DNA of 63,516 nucleotides, filler included, from Craspedostauros australis (lineage: Eukaryota): NCBI GenBank assembly GCA_030167865.1. It is 20 parts of 20 records of this genome, joined end to end, with 100 filler letters (N's around TTAATTAATTAA, not from the genome) between each part and the next. Parts side by side here need not be neighbours in the genome. Positions count along the whole stretch, not along the records: positions 19,413 to 26,910 come from JALAGF010000110.1; positions 27,011 to 28,444 come from JALAGF010000111.1; positions 28,545 to 30,016 come from JALAGF010000112.1; positions 30,117 to 31,461 come from JALAGF010000113.1; positions 31,562 to 33,311 come from JALAGF010000114.1; positions 33,412 to 35,281 come from JALAGF010000115.1; 14 more parts are not named here. One strand, 5' to 3'. The notes under the pieces are model-generated. The model did not search any database, had not been told where the DNA came from, and saw only the letters and a list, made by a program, of their open reading frames with translations. This document shows, in pieces, positions 20,958 to 33,932 of this stretch. The first letter of the stretch is position 1. The number at the start of each line of letters is the position of its first letter. The translations under genes were made by a program, and so were the position numbers.

Positions 20958-23900
20958 ATGAGCGAGGAAGAGGAATTGAAAGACATCCCTCTGTCCAATC
21001 TGGCTATCAAGCAAGAAGAAGGTGCAAGTGAGACTCCACCACGACAAGAGAAGGAAGCAGCCACGGCTACTATCCTATCAGGCGCGGACGCAAGCGCAAT
21101 CGACGAGACCGAAGAGGAACGGTCTGCAAGACTACATCGCGAGGAGAAGAGGATTCTCAAGGCGATCAAGCAAGAGGAGACTGGTGCGACAGAGAGCATT
21201 CGCACAGCCAAACAGGGTGAGAAAAGTGAGACACCATCAGAGGGAGAAATTGTGAGCAAATCAATCTCCGCGAAACAACAAGCGAAAATCGAAGAATCGG
21301 CAACACAGAAACCGACGGAAATCAAGGGCGCGAGCGTACCAACGACGAAACAACGAATCAACATGGCGACATCAGCCAACATGAACAAGCGACGCATCAA
21401 GGCGCCGATGTTCAGCGGTGAACAGGAAGACTACAGCGCATGGGAGTCACAAGCGAAGGCATACGCTTGTACACAGAAAACGAGAGACGTGATGTTGGGC
21501 AAGACAGAGATCCCAACAGTAAGTGCGATTGCAGCAGCCAGCGGAGAAATCAAGGAAGCAATGGAGGAAACCTACGAGCTGGCATGCAACTGCTTCAGCG
21601 ATCTGATCCTCATGATGGATGCAGAGAAAGAAAAAGGCAAGCAGGCCATCCAGTACATCAACCAATGCGTCTCCAACGACTACTCTGAGAGGAACCCACA
21701 CATGGCGTGGAAAGTCCTTGCAGAGAAGTTCTGACCATCCAACGCAGCAACAAAAATCAAACTCAAGTGTCAATTCAACAACAAAAAGATGAAGAGAGAC
21801 TTGGACCCCGACGTCTACATCATGCGACTCGAGATTCTACGCTCGCGTCTCCACGATGTCGGATACGAGATCACTGATGAAGAAATGATCATGCAAATCC
21901 TCAGTACGGTAAGTGTGGAGTACAGAACTCACATCGTGAGCTTCAATCATCAACTCACGTTTAATCTGGAAGTGGTTACCATCAACGCGATCAGAGGAGT
22001 ACTCCGCACAGCACACGCTACGCATCAAGGCAGAAAGGCGTACGTTGACGACTTCCAAGACAGTAACACGAAGAGCAACGACACCGGCTTCACGAGCAAC
22101 AGTAACTTCAAGGGGACCTGCCACAACTGTGGTGTGTATGGTCACAGATCCACCGATTGCCCAGAACGCAAGAAATCGAACAACAAGAAAAACAACAACA
22201 ACAACAACAAGATGAACGGAAAGCGCAACAACAACCGCAACAAGGGAAGCGGCTTCAACAGGAAGTGCAACTACTGCGGCATCTTTGGACACCGTGAGGC
22301 AGAGTGCCGAAAGAAGAAGTTCAATGAGAAGAAGAAGGCCGACAAGCAGGCCAACACAGCAACACAAGGACATGACAAGAGCGGGCACGAGATGGTACTC
22401 TCAGCAAAGGACATACCACTCTGCATGTTGGTGTCCAACAACTACATCAAAGACTCCTTCTTCAATAACTTCGAGTACATCGGGAGTGACGACGAAGTGG
22501 AGGACGATGAGATCGTCCCCGAGTGGCTCAGCGAGGAGCCCATCATCCACGAGGTGGATCCAAGACGCGAAGTGAGCTACGAATGCTGCTTCAACGCGAA
22601 CGACCTGATTGGTCCATATGGCAACGGAGCTAAGATGGTCAATGAGGCCATCGATAGCGACATCGAAGAGGCCATGAGTGAAGAAGATGACGACGAACCC
22701 AACGAGAATGACAGAGCCCGAGACGGGACGAACGGCGGCGCGGCGCCGCCTCCTCCAGCGGCGGGGAACAACAGATCGGGCATCTTCGATGAAGATGACA
22801 GTGACGAAGCAGAAAACCATCCAGACGACAGCTTCAATCCAAACGAACGTGTCGTCTATCCAATGAATATCGAGTTCCCACCGATTGAGAGCCCCAACAG
22901 CTCAAACTACCTGCATCGTCATGATACCATCCCATATGGAACGGCAACAGCATTGATAATCCAGAAGCAACTCATCTTCGATGCCGTGATGGCAGCAGGG
23001 ATGCAAATGTTCCCAGGAGTCGCAGAAGGAGTGCTCAGACCAATATGGGTAAACATGATGGGATCCATCCTATCTGAGAACTTCAGATCAATTGAAGAGA
23101 TTCTCGCCAACTCGGTGATCATCAACCAACTGTTGGAAGCGGAGGACACAGAAACGATCCCAGAGACGGATCTGCACTACATCCTTGGAGGATGCATGCA
23201 TGTGCTCCTGCGCGAGCGACCACGCGTCAATCCTTACGATCCAGTCACAGGATCACATCGGAACAGTACAGTTCCATCGGACTACGCGCAACTACCCGAC
23301 GACATGGATGACGAGCACCATGAGAATCCGTACAACGAATATGGAGTCCACATCGATGAAGAAGATGAAGACGATGTCATGGGTGACATGGCGGCAGCTG
23401 CTGTGGAGCAGCGCCATGAGCTGAGCACCAGATACAAGAACAAGGTCAACAAGGACACCTGGCTTGCCGACAGCGGAGCTTCGTGTCACATCGTCAATTC
23501 GGACGCCGCCCTCTTCAACGTGTGACACATCAAGTCTTTTGTCCAAGTGGGAGACAGCACGAAGCTGGACTCTCCCAAGATGGGATCCATTTGCTTGAAG
23601 GTCAAGCAACAAGACAACACTGGCCACATCATCCGGCTTGATGATGTGAAGTACACACCCAAGATGGCAGTGAACCTTTTCTCAACAAACAAGGCTCTGT
23701 ACAACGGCTATCAGCTCGGTAGCAACAGCATTCTGATGGACATCATCAACAGATCCAGAACGAAGATTGTGTTCGATCAAGTCTTCCCTACATCCAACGG
23801 ATTCATCATGGGAGTGCAGATGCATCCCATCATGCCAACAGATGACGACAAGGCTTGCACGGCCATCATCAAAAATCCATCCAAAGAGATCAGCGCGGTG

Positions 23901-26611
23901 AACTTGCATTGAATACTTGGCCACGCGCCACTCGAGACCATGATGCGGACTGCCGCACAATACGGATGGAAGATCATCGGCGAGATGCCAGTATGTTGTG
24001 ACTGCGCGGTCGCGAACGCTAGAGTGAAGAACATCTCGAAGGCGACGATCCCGAGAGCAACTCGCCGCAGCAAACGTCTCTTCATTGACATTAGTTACAC
24101 TAAACACATAAGCTTCGGAGATAAACGCTACTGGACCCTGATCGTGGACGACTGCACGGATCACTGCTGGGGTTTCTTTCTCAAGAACAAGAGTGATCAA
24201 CCAGGGTACATCAAACGATTCATCCAAACGATCAAATCACAGACTGGTGACCAACAGATCATCTTCCGAGGTGACAACAGCGGAGAGAACAAATCCACGC
24301 AAGATATTCTCATCGATGCAGGACTCAACATGACATTCGAATTCATGGCATTGAACACGCCACAACAGAACGGCAGAGTAGAACGCAAGTTCGCGTACCT
24401 CTACACCAAGATCCGCTCCATGCTCAATGGAGCACAGCTCGACGAAGAATGTAGGCATGGCCTGTGGGCAGCAGCTGCGAGCACTGCCACCTCCATCGCC
24501 AACATCACCGTAGCGAAGAATCAGAAGGAGTCACCACATCGACAATTCTTCGGCAATGATCCACCATATGCAAACGCACTCCGCATATTTGGAGAGGTGG
24601 GTGTTGTGAAGACTACCTACGACGGGATCACCGCCAAACTCAAGAACAGAGGAGAAGAGATGGTGTTCATCAGATATGCACACCAACATGCATCAGGAGT
24701 GTATAACATGTACAGACCATCGACCAAATCACTGATCTGTTCACGTGACATCAAGTGGCTCAACCAATCATACGGACAGTTCCGTGGCTGGGCACCAGCA
24801 CCGAACATATCCAACAAAACAGGAACAACGGACGCAGACGGCTTCATAACCATTGGACGGAAGGGAGTAATGCCAAGGACGGCAATGTGTCGACCATCAG
24901 AAGCGAAGAGAGTATCTTTCGCTGACACGAACAAATACCACATCCTATCAGACAGTGATGATGAGGATGATGAAGTAGTGACTCAACCAATCCATAACGA
25001 CGACGAAGATTGGAGCGAATCCAATCAGGAGGATGACGAAATCCAACCATCCGGCGATGAAGCCGACGATGACACAGGTATCACTCCTCCGAACACACCA
25101 GCGAGGTCTACACATGACACACCATCAAGACCTCCACCAACCAAACCAAGCAAGCGTGACATGGCTAGAAAGGAGAGAATCCGACGTCATGAAGCACAAG
25201 GCAGGAAGGGAGAAGCTAATCCCAAGTCAACTGCAGGGAAGAGTGTTCCCAGAGCTCTGCGTGAGCTCGCAGACTTCAACGAACGAGGTCGAAAGGAGGA
25301 AGGTTATGAGAGCGAGCCATCATCCAACGAAGAGAGTGACGAACTCAGCGACGAGATAACTGACGAATCCAACAATGAGACTACAGATGAAGAAGAAATC
25401 GTAGACGAAGAAGAAGAGATCGAAATCACTCATCATAGCACAACAGGACTATACGGAATGAACGCAATCATCACTGAGACACCAGCGATCGACATCGGAC
25501 TGTCGATGCAGGACCAGATCAAAGAACCAGAGAAGCACATTGGACCAACGACATTCAATGGAGCCTTCAATCACCCAGATCCCATCCATCGAAAGGGATA
25601 TCGAGCAGCCATCAAAAAGGAGTTCAACTCCATGGATACACGCCAGGTGTACAGCAAGATCAAACAAGACGCCATCCCACGCGGCCGCAGATGCTGCAAG
25701 TGCAAATGGGTCTTCAAGTTGAAGTGTGACGGCACACATCGAGCGCGACTCATTGCATGTGGCTACTCACAAGTCGCAGGAGTGGACTTCCAAGAGCACT
25801 ACTCACCTGTCATCCATGACGTGACCTACTGAGTCATGATGGTGATCATGCTGATCAAGAAGATGGACTGCACACTTGTCGATGTCGTAACGGCATTCCT
25901 ACACCGAGACCTCGACAAGGAGATCTACATGAACTGTCCCAATGGGATGGATCATCAACCAGACGAAGCCCTGACCCTACACAAGCCAATCTACGGACTT
26001 GTGCAGAGCGCCAGGCANNNNNNNNNNNNNNNNNNNNNNNNNNNNNNNNNNNNNNNNNNNNNNNNNNNNNNNGCAGACCCGTGCCTGTTCTACAGGAAGA
26101 CGAACGAAGGAAGCATGATTGTGGCCATCTACGTGGACGATTGCTTCTGCTGCAGAGACTCCAAGGCATTGGAGACCTTCCTGAAGGACATCCAAGGCAG
26201 CAAGTTCAAGGTAACAATCGAGCGAGGACTTGGAGATTACCTCAGCTGCAACATCGAACTGAACCATGACAAGAACAGAGCAACATTGCGTCAGCCACAT
26301 CTCATCCAACATCTCATCGAAGAGTTTGGAACCAAGGTTGAGAAGATGCAACGCTACGGGACACCGGGAACCCTGGGTCAAATCATCGTACGACCATCCG
26401 AAGATAACGGACTACAGAAGGTTGGACCGAAAGAACATGCCGAATACCGCCAAGGCGTCGGTATGCTACTCTTCCTCATCAAGCACTCGCGACCAGATAT
26501 CGCGAATCCTGTGAGGGAACTCTCCAAGGTATTGATCGGGCCCACCAAGGCCGCAATGAAGGAGATGTATCGGATCATCAAGTACGTGATCGATACAAAG
26601 GACTATGGATT
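20958..26611 (+). mobile_element. Ty1/copia family A gag-pol: one reading frame broken by four TGA stops and truncated by an LTR at 26612
   Basis: Two CCHC knuckles (CHNCGVYGHRSTDC, CNYCGIFGHREAEC), protease WLADSGAS, integrase LH*ILGH...CCDC and TPQQNGRVER, and RT YGLVQSAR and YVDD. Five consecutive ORFs share one frame. Confidence 0.93.
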
Positions 26612-26910
26612 TGTCGAGATGTACATGTGAGTATATGTCAAGATGTACGTGTATATGTGCATCGTTCACCCGCTATTCTCTCATACGCACTTGGACGGTA
26701 NNNNNNNNNNNNNNNNNNNNNNNNNNNNNNNNNNNNNAGAATTACAGGGGAAATGGAACACACGAAAAGGGGCAAGATTTCTGGAGGAAATTTGCAAATA
26801 ACGATTTCTGGGAGAATCAGAAGATTGTCCGTCCATGCATCAATGGTACCAAGAGAATCTCGAGGTACTTCCCAACTAAACCTCAGATGACGATATCATC
26901 TGACAGACTA
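26612..26910 (+). repeat. LTR family A, 5' part, joined directly into the RT C-terminal region
   Basis: TGTCGAGATGTAC follows ...TATGGATT. The uninterrupted coding sequence is visible near 31640. Confidence 0.88.
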
Positions 26911-27010
26911 NNNNNNNNNNNNNNNNNNNNNNNNNNNNNNNNNNNNNNNNNNNNTTAATTAATTAANNNNNNNNNNNNNNNNNNNNNNNNNNNNNNNNNN
27001 NNNNNNNNNN

Positions 27011-27922
27011 ACCAACGCTCCTACGCGTCGTCCTCTCTCATGTCAGCATCGACACAGATGATCTCAGCACGAGCATCCGCATGAATCTACATCGATTGAA
27101 GCTCAAAGACTTCGACAACGACATCAAGAAGCTGAACGACCACGTTCGCAATCAAGTCTTCACTCTACAGTCCAAAGGCGAAGCAGTTGGCAGCAAAGTG
27201 ACCTTCGCACTCATCACTGCGTACAACACAGCAGACAATGAGGAGTTCGTCAACCGCATCCAGCGCTGCAGCGACTCCGGCACTCCAGACTACGTCAGCC
27301 TCATGAACACTGCTGAAACCAAGTACCAGAGCTTGGTTAACGCCGGCACATGGAACCGCCTCTCCCGCGACAAGCAGCTCCTCGCCCTCCGAGCCGAGAC
27401 GAAGCAGCTCAAGGCCTCGCTCACCAAAGCGTCCGGCAAGCGAGCAAACAACAAGAAAGACAACAAAGGGACAGCTCGCCACAAGCGCGGCAACCACCCT
27501 CTCGCCAACCGCGATCCGCCAAAGGGCAACGATCCCAAGCACTTCGTCCATCAAGGGACAACCTTCCACTGGTGTGACAATCACAAGGCATGGGGCAAGC
27601 ACAAGACATCCGACTGTCGCGCCCGATCCGGCAAGAACGCTGACTCCTCTGGGAAGAAGCGCCAGCACGACAAGAAATCGTCCTCGTCCAAATCCGTCAA
27701 GGTCCATGCCAAGTCAGCTCCTCACGTCCACTTCGACGACAGCGATGGCCACTACGACAGTAGCCAGCATTCCACTCCCAGCGATGGAAACGTCAGTGAG
27801 AACCGACATGAAGGCACACCCATCCAGTCAATGTTATGGGTCACAGCACTGCAAGGCATCTCCGCGATGCAGACGACATTGCATCAGATGGGTGATGTGC
27901 CAATCGGAATTGACACCTGCAC
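27011..27922 (+). mobile_element. CoDi-type gag fragment running into the protease, interrupted by LTR A
   Basis: Knuckle-like FHWCDNHKAWGKHKTSDC. The protease-like PIGIDTC lies immediately before the LTR. Confidence 0.72.
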
Positions 27923-28445
27923 TGTTGGCAAGTTCCGCTCACGGTAACCTACGATCGTGGAAGATGGTGGTGGTTGATAGTCGTCTGTTTGCTATTTCAT
28001 TACGTTGGCTACTCCGATNCTCTCGGTGTACACCNGTTGTCTTGCCCGATGCTCTCNGCGCTTCAATCTGTTTCGTAGATTCAGTCTCCGACTATGAGTC
28101 GGTACGCGAGATCCTCTCTCGCTCCTCTCTGTATTCTCTCTCTCTCTCTCTCACCATCGTGTGCTCGTGCTACACGATACTCCGTGTTCGATGTGTGCTC
28201 CGCATTCGACACTCCATTCATTCAGTACTGGCTTCTACTCCATTAGTACTTACCATTTGAAGTTCATCTTCAGTATCCATGATCTTCATGGGTCATCGTA
28301 TCTTCGCCTCCTGCTCTGACTTGGAGACAGCTGTCGACGTGGTGACATGTTGACATCCTATCGACGTCAGTAGGTGTCCTTCTGCTCTCCAGATGTCACG
28401 TTCCATTGGTGATGCAGTAGTCTGTCAGATGATATCGTCATCTGN
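27923..28445 (-). repeat. LTR family A, partial
   Basis: Reverse complement of the 3' two-thirds of 32188-32983. Confidence 0.9.
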
Positions 28446-28544
28446 NNNNNNNNNNNNNNNNNNNNNNNNNNNNNNNNNNNNNNNNNNNTTAATTAATTAA
28501 NNNNNNNNNNNNNNNNNNNNNNNNNNNNNNNNNNNNNNNNNNNN

Positions 28545-30016
28545 GATCTTTTCTTTTGTGTAGGCTTCTAGATAGGCATTACCAATATCACCCACCATGG
28601 GTTTGAGGTTGTTGAGTTCTGCTGCAAGTAGTGCAATCCTAAATGATCTGAGATTGACTACTCCTGCATATGCCATATCCTTGCATGGATCCGTTAGGTG
28701 GCCTCCTGCTACGCATCTTGCCTTGTGCCGAAGATCGTGCTTCACGTCGTACACCCAGAGGAGCTTGATTTGCTTGTATCCATCTGGTTTCCGAGCGTTC
28801 TTTCCGAGATCCTTGAACGTGCCATACTCGTGGAGCTGATCCATTTCTTTTCTCTCAGCGTCTACCCACTTGGAGTTGCCATTCTTCTCGTCAAGCTGGC
28901 GTGCTTCCTTCCCGTTGCGTGGAACTTGAACACCAAACTTGAAGATAGGACCTTGTGCATGAGCTTTGCGTTTACTGGCATTGATGAGACGATTGAGTTT
29001 CTTCTTTCTCTTTGATAGTTTACGGAATCTTTTCCAGCCAGGCAGACCAAGGAGGTTGTTGTCTGCGGCATACTTCGCGCATGAGACAGGATCGTCCTTG
29101 GCTATCACGTCCAGTGGTTCCATTGTCACACTGCCATCCTCCCATTGTACCTTTACGTTGTAGGAGGAGCCATTGTACTTGCTGTGACTGGAGTGGAATG
29201 GACCTTCATGGCCGGTGATGGCTTTGAAAACGCACATCTCCCCGTCGCCAATCTCCTGTTCGTGCTGCTGTTCGATGATGTCAGCCAGATCCATGTACGC
29301 GATGAGCTCTTCGGTGTCGTCGTCGCCGTATGCGATGAGCATCTTGATGTTGTCATGGTTGGCTGCGTCTCCGTCCTTGATCTTGCGGATNACNCGAGCT
29401 CTCCACTTGAGNCCATCCTGTTGNTGNAGGAAGGTCAATCCGAGCAGCTCGTCAGGACTGAATTTGGGGACTTTGACTACACCAGGATCTGATTCTCCAT
29501 GTGATGTGGCTATCAGGTCAGATAGTGCATGCACAACGGGTTGTCTAGCTTTAGGTGTGCTGTCACTGTCGAAATCATTTGGATTTCCGGTCTCGCTAGC
29601 TTCGTCATCCACGTCACCCTCCTCCCCAGAAGCAGGCAGGGGGTAGTCAGCCCGTAGGTTTCGCGCGTCATCGGACACACGTCGGATGCTTGAGCGTGGC
29701 AACAGCCGTTGCGTTGCGTCATCTAGAACCCAGAACGTCAGTTCATCACCCTTGTGCTCGCANNNNNNNNNNNNNNNNNNNNNNNNNNNNNNNNNNNNNN
29801 NNNNNNNNNNNNNNNNCCCGACCTTGTAGTACACTGGCTCCCACCAGTGGAAGCTGAGGTACTTGCTGACATCAGGGCGCTGGCCTGTGGCGGCTTGGAT
29901 GGGCGTGATGTGGCCAGCCGTGGACTGCGACAGATGGTTGAACAGTCCCACGACATACAGGGTGCAGATGAGCCAGAACCTGGCAGGAGTGCCAGTTCTG
30001 TCCATGACGCCGTTGG
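28545..30016 (-). mobile_element. CoDi-type copia pol fragment (integrase end, chromo-like domain, RT start), paralogous to 14664-18172
   Basis: FHWWEPVYY, YNVKVQWEDG...EPL, FKFGVQVPRN, HKARCVAGGH and DIGNAYLEA. Confidence 0.9.
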
Positions 30017-30116
30017 NNNNNNNNNNNNNNNNNNNNNNNNNNNNNNNNNNNNNNNNNNNNTTAATTAATTAANNNNNNNNNNNNNNNNNNNNNNNNNNNN
30101 NNNNNNNNNNNNNNNN

Positions 30117-31461
30117 GCCCACAACAGGGGATGGGCAGAAGCCTTAGAGACGGACATGTCTCACAGCGCCATCGAGACTACCAAGCTCGAAGAAGGTCAA
30201 CTGAAGGAGGTCAAGATGAACAACGCAGCACGCAACTACCTCACCGTCGCCTGTACCAACAAGGCATTCATCATCCTGGACCTCAACGGATCAGCTGACT
30301 ACGAACCTGACATGCATCGCCACAACGCTCACCTCGGCTGGAAGGCTTTGTGCAAGAAGTACGAGCCGGATTCCGACGATGCATACGTTCGTGTGCTCGA
30401 GGAGATGAACAAGGCGTGTACCATGACCAAGAAGGAAGACCCGGAGGACGTCATCAACAACATCCTCATCGTGAACAAGAAACTCCGTGCCATGAAGAAG
30501 GCGAAGCCAATGGCTGAACTTAAGGCCATGATCCTCGCTATGATCCCAGACGCGTACGAAGCTATCAAGCGTAACGCTCGCCGTGACTCTACCATGGGAC
30601 TCGACGATCTAATGGATGAGCTTCATGACCGCTGGACTGATCTCTACGGCAGCAAGAAAGGAGACACGGAGAAGGCGTTCTACACGAACCACACCAAGAA
30701 GACCAAGGTGTTCTNCCGTTACTGCGGAAAGCAGGGACATACCAAGGCAGTGTGCCGCAGCCATGCCAGTGACCAGAAGAAGGGGACTGTTCATGAGGAC
30801 CGCGGAGACAACACCAACACCAACACCAACAACAATACCAACAACAACAACGGAGGTGGCAAAGACAAGAGCCATGTCAAGTGCTTCCGATGCGGTCAGA
30901 TGGGACACTACGCGAACAAGTGCCCACAGAAGGACAATGATACAGGACTTACCGCATACGTCCTCATGGCGGAGGATATCCGTGATGATGGCAACAATGG
31001 AAAGGATCCGACGGATTTTGTCTGTCAGGCAGATCCTGATCCTACCGATCGCAAGTGGCTTTTGGACAGCGGGTCTACGCTGAACATTTGTGCATCCGAC
31101 ACCCCACTCATCGATGAGAAGCCAAGCTCCCACAAGATCAGAGTTGGGAATGGAGAATGCGTCGTGGCCCAAAGCGAAGGATTCGTGGATATGGTTGATG
31201 CCGAGACTGGCAACCCAATCCGCATCCGTGTGGTCAAGGCACCGCAGTTCACCAAGAACCTCATCAGCATCAAGAAGTTGAAGCAAGGGGGATACAAGGT
31301 GGAGTTCGATGACGACGTCGCAATTGTCACTCACAAGGCATCAGACAAGACAGCCTTCAAGTGTACCACTGCCGAGGATGGCATGTACTACCTCAACCCT
31401 GACTTGGACCAAGCACATTGTGCCCAGCTGATCACTACGGCACGAGCTCGATACCACCAGG
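30117..31461 (+). mobile_element. Ty1/copia gag-protease fragment of another lineage
   Basis: Knuckles YCGKQGHTKAVC and CFRCGQMGHYANKC, protease WLLDSGST, IRVGNG, KNLISI and DGMYYL. Confidence 0.9.
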
Positions 31462-31561
31462 NNNNNNNNNNNNNNNNNNNNNNNNNNNNNNNNNNNNNNN
31501 NNNNNTTAATTAATTAANNNNNNNNNNNNNNNNNNNNNNNNNNNNNNNNNNNNNNNNNNNN

Positions 31562-32983
31562 TCCAAGGTATTGATCGGGCCCACCAAGGCCGCAATGAAG
31601 GAGATGTATCGGATCATCAAGTATGTGATCGATACGAAGGAGTATGGATTGAAGATCCATCCAGTACGTCCAGACGACGACGGCTGGGACATGGAGCTCT
31701 TCTGCGATAGNNNNNNNNNNNNNNNNNNNNNNNNNNNNNNNNNNNNNNNNNNNNNNNNNNNNNNNNNNNNNNNNNNNNNNNNNNNNNNNNNNNNNNNNNN
31801 NNNNNNNNNNNNNNNNNNNNNNNNNNNNNNNNNNNNATACGTTGCCCTTTCCGAAGCGGCAAAGGAAATCTTCTTCGTCATGCAGCTACTCGAAAGTGTG
31901 GGCGTCCCAGTGAAGACACCAATCAAAGTCTGCGTGGACAACATCGGAGCGATCTTCATCGCCAAGAACCCATCAACATCCCAACAATTGCGGCACATCG
32001 ATGTGCGCCATCACTACGTGAGGAACATGGTAATCAACAAAACCATCGAAATCATTTTCATCAAATCCGAGCAGAACACAAGCGACGGATTCACCAAGAA
32101 CATCAAGGCCGACTTNCAACGTGAACATGAGAAGTCGTACCTTGACACATCGAGAACATTCGAATGACCGAATGCACACAGGAAGGGTGTCGAGATGTAC
32201 ATGTGAGTATATGTCGAGATGTACGAGTATATGTGCATCGTTCACCTGTTGTTCTCTCATACGTACTTGTACGGTACAACTACACGTGTGTCGATAGTAT
32301 ACTGTGAATTGCCAAAATCACATCGCGAATTCGGACACACGAAAATGAGCAGAATTTCTGGAGGAGATTTGCAATCAGTGATTTCTGAGAGAATTAGAAT
32401 ATCGTCTGTCCATCCATCAATGGTACCAAGAGAATCTCGAGGTACTTCCCAACTCAACCTCAGATGACGATATCATCTGACAGACTCCTGCATCACCAAT
32501 GGAACGTGACATCTGGAGAGCAGAAGGACACCTACTGACGTCGACAGGATGTCATCGTGTCACCACGTCAACATCTGTCTCCAGGTCAGAGCAGGAGGCA
32601 AAGATCCAATGACCGAAGGGCATCAAGATCATGGACACTGAAGATGAACTTCAAATGGCGAGTACTCATGGAGTAGGAGCCAGTATTGAATGAACGGAGT
32701 GTCGAATGCGGAGTACGCATCGAACACGGAGTATCGTGTAGCGCAAGTACACGATGATGAGAGAGAGAGAGTAAAGAGAGAAGAGCGAGAGAGCATCTCG
32801 CATACCAACTCATAGTCAGAGACAGAATCTACAAAACAGATTGAAGTGCCAAGAGCATCGGGCAAGAGAACGAACGGACACCCAGAGGATCGGAGTGCCA
32901 ACGTAATGAAACAACAAACGAACGACTATCAACCAACACCATCTTCCACGATCGTAGGTTACCGTGAGCGGAACTTGCCAACA
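31562..32983 (+). mobile_element. Family A 3' end: RT/RNase H (to 32167), polypurine tract AGGAAGGG (32180-32187) and 3' LTR (32188-32983)
   Basis: YVALSEA, VDNIGAIF, RHIDVRHHYVR and SDGFTK. The PPT abuts the TG...CA LTR. Confidence 0.93.
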
Positions 32984-33311
32984 GGCTTGCAGTAGTCCTT
33001 TGACTAGAGCTGTGCTAATCAACTTGCATACATGGATGAACACAGTCATACCATTTTCATCTGGAACGTTCCCTCTGCAGTTGTGGTTCTTGGCAAGGTA
33101 CAAGGCAACCTTGATCGAGTTGCGCATGCATGCGCCATGGATGGGCAAACAGTCACCACGAGAGGGCAGGAGTAGGCTAGTGCCAGCAAGGCACAGTGAG
33201 TATCGAGCGATGTCAAGGTGATCGAAGCAGCAAGCAGCGTATAGCGCGCCATACCCAGCTTCGCCCAGCACATCCACATTGGCACCACACTGCTCCACCA
33301 CGAATCGCACG
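32984..33311 (-). pseudogene. Ankyrin-repeat gene fragment truncated by the retrotransposon
   Basis: GANVD..GEAGYGALYAAC..HLDIARY, LPIHGAC and DENGMTVFIHVC are ankyrin-like repeats. The frame runs directly into the LTR end. Confidence 0.72.
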
Positions 33312-33932
33312 NNNNNNNNNNNNNNNNNNNNNNNNNNNNNNNNNNNNNNNNNNNNTTAATTAATTAANNNNNNNNNNNNNNNNNNNNNNNNNNNNNNNNN
33401 NNNNNNNNNNNACCAGGATTCGACTACTTCGACCCTGTAGCCCCTTGTGGCCCCTTGTGGCCCCAAATGGGGGCGACACAAAAAGCGGATAGGCAGTAGG
33501 TACAAATGGTCGCGAGGTTCCATTTGGTGACCGTTGCACCAACGCACCTACTAGAGAGGTTTCGCATTGTTTCGTATTCCACTCAGAGGCCCCCACTGCC
33601 ATGTCACATACGACATGGACGCTCGAGCGGCGAACACTGCACAGGACTGTTGCGTGACAGAATACTGCTTGGATTACGTGGAGTCAATAACCGTTCGCGC
33701 CATCTCTAGGGTATCTAATTTAGACATGTTCGCTTCGACTTCTCCCGAAGAGCATCACATTTTGGCCATGAGTGTCACAACACATCATCTGTTCCTTTTT
33801 GATGTTGCATGATGCGTTCCCTCCATGCTACATGTCATGCTATACTCGCTGCTCCTTCGATCCTTCTGTGTTCATCACACCTTCGCACACGCAGCTCCTC
33901 CACACGTTCGATTATTACTTACCATCGTTGCC

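Noticed and set aside
26607..32988. GGATT/GGCTT as a target-site duplication joining 26612 and 32983 into one element
   Set aside because: The sites mismatch and lie on different contigs, and the right flank is ankyrin sequence rather than resumed RT.
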